Below, piece after piece: positions 1-11,300 of a DNA stretch of 64,000 nucleotides. Origin of the DNA: the human T2T-CHM13v2.0 reference genome, Homo sapiens. The notes under the pieces were generated by a model that searched no databases, was not told the origin of the DNA, and saw only the letters and a list, made by a program, of their open reading frames with translations. Position 1 is the first letter of the stretch, and the number at the start of each line of letters is the position of its first letter. Both the position numbers and the translations under genes were made by a program. The DNA lies in the NCBI RefSeq assembly GCF_009914755.1, contig NC_060938.1. The stretch is one strand, 5' to 3'.

Positions 1-3000
1 AATGGAATGGAATGGAATGAGAGGGAGTGGAAAGGTAAGGAATTGAATTTAATACAGTGGAATTGAATGGACTGTTACGGAATGTAATGGAGTCGAATGG
101 AGTGGATGGGAGTGGAGTGAAATGAAATGGAATGGAGTGGAGTGTAATGCAATGGAGTGGAATGTAGCGGTGTTGAGGGGATTGTAAAGGAATGGAGTGG
201 AATTGAATGTCATTGAGTGGAAACAATGAAATGAGAAGGAATGGAATGGAATGGAATGGAATGGAAAGGAATGGAATGGAATGAAAAGGAGTGGAGTGGA
301 ATGGAATGCAATAGAGTGGACAGGAATGCAATGGAATTCAACGGAATGGAATGGAATGGAATGGAATGGAATGGAATGGAAAGGAATGGAATGGAGTGGA
401 ATGGAATGGAAATGAATGGAGTGGAGTGCAATGGAAAGAAATGGAGTGGAATGGAATGAAGTGGAATGTAATGTAAAAAAGGTCAGTGGAGTGGAATGAA
501 ATTGAGTGCGATGGAGTGGAATGGAGTGGAGTGGAATGGAATGGAATGCAGTGGACTGGAGTGGAGGGCGGCCGATTGTAATGGAGTTGAATGTAATGGA
601 ATGGAATGGAATTTAATGGAATGAAATGGAATGCAATTGAGTGGAGTGGATTGGAGTGAAGTGGAAGGGAATGGACCAGAATGGAACAGAATGGAATATA
701 GTGGAATGGAATGGAGTTGATTGGAATGGAATGGAATGGAGTGAAATTGAATGGAGTGGAAGGGAATGCAATGGAGTGGAGTGGAGTGGAATGGAATGGA
801 ATAGAATGGATTGGATTGGAATGGAATGACATGGAAAGGAGGGGAATGAAGTGGAGTGGAGTGGAGTGAGGTGGAATGGAATACAACAGCATGGAACAGA
901 ATGGAATGGAATGAATTGGAATGGAATGGAATGGAATGGAGTGCAGTGGAGTGGAATGGAATTGAGTGGAGTGGAAAGGAATGGAATGGAGTGGAATACA
1001 ATGGAGGGGATGGAGTGGAGGGTGGTTAAGTGGAATGGAATTCAATGTAATGGAAAGGAAAGAATTTAATGGAATGGAATGGAATGCAATGGAGTGGAGT
1101 GGAGTGGAGTGGAGTGGAGTGGAATGTACTGGACCGGAATGGAATGGAATGGAATGGAGTGGGATGGAATGGTGTAGAATGGAATGACACAGAATGTAGT
1201 GGAATGGAATGGAGTGGAATGGAATGGAGTGGACTGGAGAAGAATGGATTGGAATGGAATGGTATGGAATGGAAGGGGATGGGAAGGAATGGAATGGTGG
1301 GGAATGGAGAGGAGTGAAATGGAATGGAATGATGTGGAGTGGAATGGAATGGAATTCAGTGGAAGGTAATGCAAATGAGTGGAATTCTGTGGATTGGAAT
1401 GGAATGCAATGGAGTGGAATGGAATGGAATGGAATGGATCGGAGTGGAATTGTACGGAATGGAGTGGAGTGGAATGGAAACGAATGGAACAGAATGTAGT
1501 GGAATAGAAAGTAAAGGAGGGGAGTGGATTGGGGTAGAAAGGAGTGGAATGCAGTGGAATAGAATGGAGTGGAATGGAATAGAATGGAATGGAGTAGAAT
1601 GGAATGGCACCGAATGGAGAGGAATGGAAGAGTGAAATGGAATGGAGTGGAATGGAATGGAGTAGAGTGGCGAGGAAAGAAAGGAATGGAATACAGTGGA
1701 ATTGAAAAAAATGGAATTTAATGGAATGGAGTGGAGTGGCGTGGAATGGAGTGGAGTGGAATGAAATGGAATGTTGAGGAGTGGAAAGGAATGGAATTCA
1801 GCGGAATGGAATGAAAGGGAATGGAATGCAATGGATTTGAATCGAATGGAATGGAATTGAGTGGAATGGAATGGAATGGAGTGGAGTGGAATGGAATGGA
1901 ATGGAGTACAAAAGAATGGAATGGAATGGAGTGCAAAAGGATGGAATGGAGATGAGTGGAATGGAATGGAATGAAATTTAGTGTAATGGAATGAAATTTA
2001 GTGTAATGGAATGAAAATTAGTGTAATGGAATGGAATAGAGTGTAGTGGAATGGAATGGAATAGAATGGAACGGAACGGAATGGGACGGGATGGAACGGA
2101 AAGGAATAGAAAAGAATGGAATTGAATGGATTGGACTGGAATGGAATATAGTGGAATGAAGTGGAATGGAGTTTAGTGGAATGGAATGGACTGAAATGGA
2201 GTGTTGCGGAATGTTAGAGATCGGAATGAAATTGAGTGGAATGGAATCGAGTCGAGTGGAATGAAGTGGAGTGGAATGAAGTGGAATGAAGTGGAAAGGA
2301 GTGGAGTGGACTGGAATGGAATGGAATAGAATGGAACGGAGTGGAAAGAACAGCATGGAATAGAGTGGATTGTAGTGAAGTGGAATGGAATGCGAGGGCA
2401 TGGAAAGGAACGTAATGGAATGTATTGGAGTGGAATGGAGTGGAGTTGACTGGAATGGAATGGAGTGGAACGGAATGGAGAGAAGTTTAATGGAAAGGAG
2501 TGGAGTGGAATTGATTGGAATGTAGTGGATTGGAATGTAATGGATTGGACATGAGTGGAATGGAATGGAATGGAATGGATTGGAGGGGAATGGAGGTGTA
2601 TGGAATGGAATGGAATGGAATGGAAAGGTATGGAATTGAATTTAATACAGTGGAATTGAATGGAATATTATGGAATGGAATGGAGTGGAATGGAGTGGAT
2701 TGGAGTGAAGTGGAAAGGAATGGACTGGAGTGGAGTGCAATGCAATGGAGTGTAATGTAGTGGTGTTGAGTGGATTGTAATGGAATGGAGTGGAATTGAA
2801 TGTAATGGAGTGGAAGGAATGAAATGAAAAGGAATGGAATGGAATGGAATGGAATGGAATGGAATGGAATGGAATGGAATGGAGTGGAATGGAATGGAAA
2901 GAAATGGAGTTGAGTGCAATGGAATGAAATGGATTGGAATGGAATGCAGTGGAATGTAATGTAAAAGAGGTGAATGGAGATGAATTGAATTGAGTGTGAT

Positions 3001-5060
3001 GCAGTGGAATGGAGTGGAGTGGAATGGAATGGAATGGAATGTAGTGGAGTGGAGTGGAGGGCGGCCGATTTTAATGGTGTTGAATGTAATGGAATGGAAT
3101 GGAATTTAATGGAATGCAATGGAATGCAATAGAGTGGAGTGGAATGGAGTAAAGTTGAAAGGAATGGACCAGAATGGAACAGAATGGAATATAGTGGAAT
3201 GGAATGGGTTTGAATGGAATGGCATGGAATGGAGTGGAATGGAATGGAGTGAAATTGAATGGAGTGCAACGGAATGGAGTGGAGTGGAATGGAATGAAAT
3301 AGAATGGAATCGAGTGGAATGGAATGGCATGGGAAGGAGTGGAATGAAGTGGAGTGGAGTGAGGTGGAATGGAATACAACAGCATGGAACGGAATGGAAT
3401 GGAATGTACTGGATTGGAATGGAGTGGAGTGGAGTGGAACGGAATGGAGTGGAATGAAATGGAGTCGAGTGGACTGGAATGGAATGGAGTCGAGTGTACT
3501 GGAACAGAATGGCTTGGAATGGAATGGTACAGATTGGAGTTTAATAGAGTGGAATGGAAATAAATGGAATGGAGTGGAGTGGAATGGACAGGAACGGAGT
3601 GGAATCGAACAGAATGGAATGGAATGCAATACGATGTAGTGGAATGGAAGTGAGTGGAGTGGAGTGGAAAGGAATGGAGTGGAATGCAGTGGAGTGGAGT
3701 GGAGTGCAATGAAATGGAGTGGAATGCAATTGAGAGGAAGGAATGGAATGGAATGGAATCGAGTGGAGTGGAATGGAATTGAGTGGAGTGGAACGGAATG
3801 GAATGGAATGGAATGGAATAGAATGGAGGGGATGGAGTGGAGGGTGGTTAAGTTAAATGGAATTGAATGTAATGGAATGGAATGGAATTTAATGGAATGG
3901 AAAGGAATGCAATGGAATGGAGTGGAGTGGATTGGAGTGGAGTGGAGTGGAGTGGAATGTACTGGACCAGAATAGAACGGAATGGAATAGAGTGAGATGG
4001 AATGGTGTGGAATGGAATGGCAGAGAATGCAGTGGAATGGAATGGAATGGAATGGAGTGGACTGGAGCAGAATGGACTGGAATGGAATGGAATGGAATAG
4101 AATTGAATGGAATGGAATGGGTTGGAATGGAATGCTGTGGAATGGAGTGGAGTAAATTGGAATGGAATGGTGTGGAGTGGAATGGAATGGAATTCAGTGG
4201 AAGGGAATGGAAAGGAGTGGAATGTTGTGGAATAGAATGGAATTTAGTGGAGTGGAATGGAATGGAATGGAATGGATCAGAGTGGAATGGTATGGAATGG
4301 AGTGGAGAGGAATGGAATCAAATGGAATGGAATGTAGTGGAATGGAAAGTAAAGGAGGGGAGTGGGTTGGGATAGAATGGAGTGGAATGGAGAGGAATGG
4401 AATGGAATGGAGTGCAATGGAATGACACCGAATGGAGAGGAATGGAATGGAGTGAAATGGAATGGAGTGGAATGGAATGGAGTACAGTGGAGAGGAAAGG
4501 AATTGAATGGAATAGAGTGGAATTGAAAGGATTGGAATTTAATGGAATGGAGTGGAACGGCGTGGAATGGAGTGGAGTGGAATGAAATGGAATGCTGTGG
4601 AGTGGAATGAAATGGAATTCAGTGGAATGGAATGGAAGGGAATGAAATGCAATGGAATGGAATGGAATGGAATGGAATAGAGTGGAATTGAATGGAATGG
4701 AGTGGAGTGGAATGGAATGGAGTGCAAAAGAATGGAACGGAAATGAGTGGAATGGAATGGAATGGAATGAAATTTAGTGTAATTGAATGTAATAGAGTGT
4801 AGTGGAATGGAATGGAATTGAACGGAACGGAATGGGATGGAACGGAACGGAACGGAACAGAATGGAATTTAATGGATTGGATTGGAATGGAATGGAGTGG
4901 AATGAAGTGGAATGGAGTGTAGTGGAATGGAATGGAGTGGAGTGGAATGTTATAGATCATAATGAAATTGTTTGGAATGGAATAGAGTCGATTCGAATGA
5001 AGTGGACTGGAATGAAGTGGATTGAAGCAGAATGGAGTGGAGTGGACTGGAATGGAATGG
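1..5060 (+). repeat. Tandem duplication, two diverged copies with a ~2.5-2.8 kb period (about 1-2330 and 2590-5060)
   Basis: Colinear rare landmarks: AATACAGTGG 51/2644; CGGCCG 569/3062; ATACAACAGCATGG 881/3374; GGTGGTTAAG 1021/3843; CACCGAATGG 1608/4426; ATGAAATTTAGTGTA 1971/4767. Confidence 0.9.
1971..2030 (+). repeat. 20-bp unit x3 (ATGAAATTTAGTGTAATGGA)
   Basis: Two identical copies plus one with a single substitution (ATGAAAATTA...). Confidence 0.92.
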
Positions 5061-5730
5061 AGTGGAATGGAATGGAGTGCAGAGAAGTGCGATGGAATAG
5101 AGTGGAATGGAGAGGAGTGGAATGGAATGGAACGGAGTGGAGTGGAATGGAATGGAATGGAGTTGAACAAAGTGGAGTGGAGTGGAATGAATTGGAGTGG
5201 AGTGGAGTGGAATGGAGTGGAATGGAATGCAATAGAACGGAATGGAATGGAATCGAATGAAATGAAATCGAATGGAATGGAGAGGAGGGGAATGGAGAGG
5301 AATGCAATGGGGTGGAATGAAGCGGAGTGTAGTGGATTGGAAAGGAATGTAGTGGAATATAATGGTAAGCAGTGGAATGTATTGTAATGGAATGTAATGG
5401 AATGAAATGGAATGGAATGGAATGGAGTGGGGTGGAGAGAAATAGTATTGAGTGTAGTGGAAGAGAATGGAATTGAATGGAATGGAGTGGAGTGGAATGG
5501 GGTGGGATCGGGTGGAATGAAATGGAATGCGCAGGACTGGAATGGAATGGAATTCAATTTATTGGAATGGAATGGAATTGAATGGAATTGAATGGAATCG
5601 AATGGAATGGAGTGGAGAGGAAGGGAATGGATTAGAGTGGAACGGAATGGAAAGGAATGGAATGGAATGGAACGGAATGGAACAGAATGGAATGGAATGG
5701 AATGGAGTGGAATATAATGGAATGACGTGA

Positions 5731-5790
5731 AGTGGAATGGAATGGAATTCCATGTGATAGAGTGGAATGGAATGGAATTCCATGTGATGG
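5731..5790 (+). repeat. 30-bp tandem duplication carrying the palindrome ATGGAATTCCAT
   Basis: AGTGGAATGGAATGGAATTCCATGTGAT(A/G)G twice, one mismatch. Confidence 0.9.
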
Positions 5791-7770
5791 AGTGGAATGG
5801 AATGGAATGGAATGGAATGGAATGGAATGGAATGCAATGGTAAGTAGTGGAATGGAGCATAGTGGAATGGAATGGAGTGGGCTGGAATGGAAAGGAATTC
5901 AATTGATTGTAATTGAATGGAATGGAATGGAATGGAATGGAATGGAATGGAATGGAATAGAATGGAATGGAATGGAGGGGAATGGAATGGAATGGAGTGG
6001 AGTGTAATGGAATGGAGTGGAATGGAATCTAGTGGAGTGGAATGGAATGGAATGGAATTGACTAGAGTGAAATAGATTGGAATGGAATGGAACGGAGTGG
6101 AGTGGAGTGAAGTGGGGTCGAGTGGAATGGAATGGAATTTAGTTTAGTGGAATGGAATGGAATTCAAAGGAACGGAATGGAATGGAATGGAATGGAGTGG
6201 AATGCAGCGGAGTGGAGTGGAATGGAAAAGAATGGAATAGAATGCAATGGAATGGAGGGGAATGGAATGGAATTTAGTGGAGTGAAATGGAATGGAATTC
6301 AATGGAATGGAACGGAATGGAATAGAATGGAATGCAATGGAATGGAGTGGAATGGAATAGAATGGATTGGAGTGGAATAGAATGGAATGGAAAGGATTGG
6401 AGTGGAACGGAATGGAATGTAAATGACATGAGTGAAATGGAATGGAATGGAGTGGAATGGATTGTAATGGAGTGGAGCAGAATGGAATGGAATTTAATGG
6501 ATTGGAGTGGAGTGGACTAGAATGGTATGGAGTGAAAAGGAAAGGAGTGGACTGGAATGGAGTTAAGTGGACTGGAATGGAGTGGGTTGGAAGGGAATAG
6601 AGTGGAATGGAATGGAATGGAGTGTGTGGAATGAAATGGAATAGGATGGAATGAAGTGGGTTGAATGGAGTGGTATGCAATGGAATGGAGCGTAGTGGAA
6701 TGTAATGTAATGTAATGGAATGGAATGGAATGGAATAGAATGGAATGGAATGGAGTGTAGTGGAGTGGAGGGGAATGGAATGGAGAGGAGGGTACTGGAA
6801 TGGAATGGAAAGGAATGGAATGGAATTGGGAGGAGGGGAGTGGGAGGGAATGCAATGAAATGGTATGAAGTGGAGTGAAATGGAATGGAACAGAATGGTG
6901 AGGAGCGGAATGGAAAGAGTGGAATGGGAAGTAGTGGAATGGAATCGAGTGGAGAGGAGTGGAACGGAAAGGAATGGAATTTAATCAAATGCAATACAGT
7001 GGAATTAAAGGGAATGTGATGGAATAGAATGTAGTGAAATTGTGTGGAATGCAGCGGAGTGGAATGGAATGGAATGGAGAGCAGTGGAATGTAGTGGAGT
7101 GGAGGAGAATAGAGTGGAACTGAGTGGAGTGGAAGAGAATGGAATGGAATGGAAAGGAATGGAATGGAATGGAATGGAATGGAATGGAATGGAATGGAAT
7201 GGAATGAAGTGGAGAGGAATGCAATGGAATGGAATGGAATGGAACCGAATGGATTGGAATTGAGTGGAATGGAATGGAGTGCAATGGAATGGAACGGTGT
7301 GTAGTGGAATGGAATGGAATGGAATGGAATGGAATGGAATGGAATGGAATGGAATGGAATTTAACGGAATGGAATGGAATGGAATGGAATGGAATGGAAT
7401 GGAATGGAATGGAATGGAGTGATATGGAAAGGAAAGTAGTCGAGTGGAATGGAAAGGAATGGATTGGAGTGGAGTGGAATGGAAAGGAAAGGAATGGAAT
7501 GGAAGAGAATGGAATGGACTGGAATGGAGTGGAATGGAACGGAATGTTATCAAATGGAATGGAATAGAATGAAATGGAAATGTGTGGAGTGGAGTGGAAT
7601 GGAAAGGAGTGGATTGGTATGGAGTTGAGTGGAGTGGAATGGGATGCAATGGAAAGGAGTGGAGTGGAATGGAATGAAACTGAGTGGAGTGGAATGAAAT
7701 GAAATGGAATTGAGTTGAATGGAATGGATTGGAATGGAATGAAACGGTGTGTAGTGGAATGGAATGGAAT

Positions 7771-7860
7771 GAAATGGAATGGAGTGGAATGGAATGGAAT
7801 GAAATGGAATGGAGTGGAATGGAATGGAATGAAATGGAATGGAGTGGAATGGAATGGAAT
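7771..7860 (+). repeat. Perfect 30-bp unit x3 (GAAATGGAATGGAGTGGAATGGAATGGAAT)
   Basis: Three identical consecutive 6-monomer units. Confidence 0.85.
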
Positions 7861-8039
7861 GGAATGGAATGGAGTGAAATGTAAAGGAATGGAGTGGAGT
7901 GGAATGGAATGGAATGGAATTTAGTGGAGTGGAATGGAATGGAGTGGAGTGGAATGGAATGGAGTGGAATGCAGTGGAATGGAAGCGAATGGAATGGAAT
8001 GGAGTGGAAAGGAATGGAACTGTGTGGAGTGGAGTGGAA

Positions 8040-8380
8040 TGGAATGGAGTGGAATGCTATGGAGTGGAGTGGTGTGGAATGGATGGAATGGAATGCAGTG
8101 GAGTGGAATGGAATGGAACTTAGTGGAGTGGAATGGAATGGAATGCAGAGGTAGGAAGTGGAGTGGAATGGAATGGAGTGGAATGAAGTGGAGTGGAGTG
8201 GATTGCAATGGAATGGAGTGGAATTGAATGGAGTGGAATGCTATGGAGTGGAGTGGCGTGGAATGGAATGGAACTTAGTGGAGTGGAATGGAGTGGAATG
8301 CAGAGGTAGGAAGCGGAGTGGAATGGAATGGAGTGGAATGAAGTGGAGTGGAGTGGATTGCAATGGAATGGAGTGGAAAG
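8040..8380 (+). repeat. ~155-185 bp tandem duplication
   Basis: GAACTTAGTG 8116/8271 and CAGAGGTAGG 8146/8301 (offset 155); CTATGGAG 8057/8241 (offset 184). Confidence 0.88.
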
Positions 8381-11300
8381 GAATGAAATTGAGTGGAATG
8401 GAATGGAATGGCAATGATTGGAATATAATGGAATGGAATTACGTGGGTTGGATTGGAATGGATTTGATTGCAGTGGAATAGAACGGATTGGAATGGAACG
8501 GAATGGCATGGAAGCAATGGAATTGATTGGAGTGGAGTGCTGTGGATTGGGGTCGAGTGGAATGAAATTGAAAAGAATGGAATGGAATGCAATGGAATGT
8601 AATGGTATGGAATGCAGTTGAGGGAAATGGAATGGAGTGGAATGGACTGGAGTGGAATAGAATGGAATGGATTACATTGGAATGGAAAGTAAGGGAGGGG
8701 ATTGGAGTGGAATGGAGTGGAGAGGAAAGGAGTGGAGTGGAATGGACTGGAACGAATTGGAAATGAATGATATGGAGTGGAACAGAATGCAGTAGAGTGG
8801 AAGGGAGTGGTATGGAATAGAGTGGAATGGAATGGAATGGAATGCAAAGGAATGGAATCGAAAGGAGTGGAATGAAATGGAGTTGAGTGGAGAGGAAAGG
8901 AGTAGAGTAGAATAGAATGGAATGGGTGACGTGGAAAGGAATATAATTGAAAGAACTGGTGTAGAATGGAGTAGAATGGAATGGAATGGAGTGTAATGGA
9001 ATGTAATGGAATGGAATGGTATGGAATGGAATTAAATAGAATGGAGTGTACAGGAATGGAATGGGTTGGAGAGGAATAGACTGGAATGGAATGGAATGAG
9101 GAGGAGGGAAGTGAGGTGGAAAGGAATGGAATGGATAGGAATGGAATGGAATGAAGTGGAGTGGAATGGAATGGAATGTAGTGGAATAGAATGGAATGGA
9201 GTTGAGTGGAATGGAATGGAATGAAATGGAGTGCAATGGAATGTATTGGAGTGGATTGGAATGGAAAGGAACGGAACGGAATGTAATGAAATGGAATGGA
9301 ATGGAATGTAAAGAAGGGGATTGGAGTGGAATGGAAAAGAGTGGAATGGATTGGAAAGGAGTGTAGTGCGATGAAATGGAATGGAATGGAGTGGAGAGGA
9401 AAGGTACAGATTGGAATGAAAAGGATGGGAATGGAATGGATTGGAGTGGATTGCATTGGAGTGGAGTGGAATGGAGTAGAGTAGAATGTAATGGAAAGGA
9501 GTGTGATGGAATGGAATGGAATGGAATGGAATGAAGTGGAGTGGAATGATATAGATTGGAATGAAAAGGAGGGGAATGAAATGGAGTTGTGTGGATTGGA
9601 ATGGAGTGGGGTGCAATGGAGTAGAGAGTAATGTAATGGAAAGGAGGGTGATGGAATGGAATGGAATGGAATGGAATGGAATGGAGTGGAATGGAATGGA
9701 ATGGAGTGGAATGGATTGGTATGGAGTGCAACGGAGTGTAATGTCATGGAATAGAATGAAGTGGAGTTGAATGCAATGGAGTGGAGTGGAGAGGAATGTC
9801 ATGGAATGGAATCGAAAGGAATGCAGTGAAATTGAATGGAATATGATGGAATGGAATGGATTGGAATGGAGTGAAGTGGAGTGTAGTGGAAAGAAATATA
9901 CTGGAGTAGAGTGGAATGGAATGAAATGGAATGGAATGGAATGGAGAGGAGGGGAGTGGATTGGAATGGAATGGAGTATAATGAAATGAAATGCATTGGA
10001 AAGGAATGGAATGGATTGTAATGGAATGGAATGGAATGGAATTGCGTTGGGTAGAGTGTAATGGAATTGAGTGGAGTGGACAGCAAATGAATGGAATGGA
10101 AAGGAATGGAATGGAATCAATGGAATTGATTGCAGTGGAGTGGAGTGGAGTGGGGTCGAGTGGAATGAAATTGAATAAAATGGAATGCAATGGAAGGGAA
10201 AGGCATGCAGTGGAGTGGAATGGAATGCAGGGGAATTGCGTGGAGTGGAATGGAATGGAGTGCATTAGAGTGGAATGGAATGGAATGGATGGGAGTGGAA
10301 TGGAGTGGTATGCAGTGGAGAGGAATGGAATGGGGAAGAATTGAATGGAGTGGAAGAGAGATGAGTGGATTGGAATGGAATGCAATGAAATGGAAAGCAA
10401 TGGAACGGATTGCAGTGGAGTGAAGAAGAGTGGATTCCAGTGGATGGAAATTGAATGGAATGGAATGGAATGAGGTGGAAAGAAGTGGATTTGAGTGGAA
10501 TGGAACGGAATGGAATGGAATGGAATGGAATGGAATGGAATGGAATGGAATGGAATGGAGTGGAGTGGAATGGAAAGGAATGGAATGGAATGGATTTGAA
10601 TGGAGATGAGTGAAATGAAGTGGAATGCAATGGAGTGTAATGAAGCGGAATGGAGTGGAGGGAATTGGAATGGAATGGAGTGGAATGGAATGGAGTGGTG
10701 TGGAGTGCAATGGCATAGAGTGGAATGGAGAGGAGTGGAATGGAATGGAAAGGAGTGCAGTGGAATGGAATGGAGTGAAGTGGAATGTAGTGGAGTGGAG
10801 TGGAGTGGAATGGAATGGAATGGAATCGAACGGAATGGAAGGGAACGGAATGGATTGGAACCGAATAGAAGGGAGATGGGGGCAGTGGACAGGAATGGAA
10901 TGGAGTGGAATGAAGTGGAATGGACTGGATTAGACTGGAATATAGTGGAATGGAAGGGAAAGCATTGGAATGTATTGTAATGAAAGGAAATGGAATGAAA
11001 TGGAATGGAATGGAATGGAGTGGAGTGGGATGGGGTGGGGTCGGGTGGAATGAAATGGAATGGACTGGAGTGAAATGGAAAGGAATTCAATGGAATGGAG
11101 TGGAGTGGAATAGAATGGAATGGAGTAGAGTGCAATGGAATGGAATGGAATAGAAAGGAGTGGAGTGGAATGGAATTGATAGGAGTAGAGTGGGATGGAA
11201 TGGAATGGAATGGAGTGGACTGGAATAGAATGGAGTGTAGTTGAATGGAATTGAATTCAATGGAATGGAATGGAAAGGAATAAAATGAAATGGAATGGGA

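Noticed and set aside
568-575. NotI site or CpG island
   Set aside because: The sequence is GCGGCCGA (EagI only) with two CpGs in a CpG-poor context.
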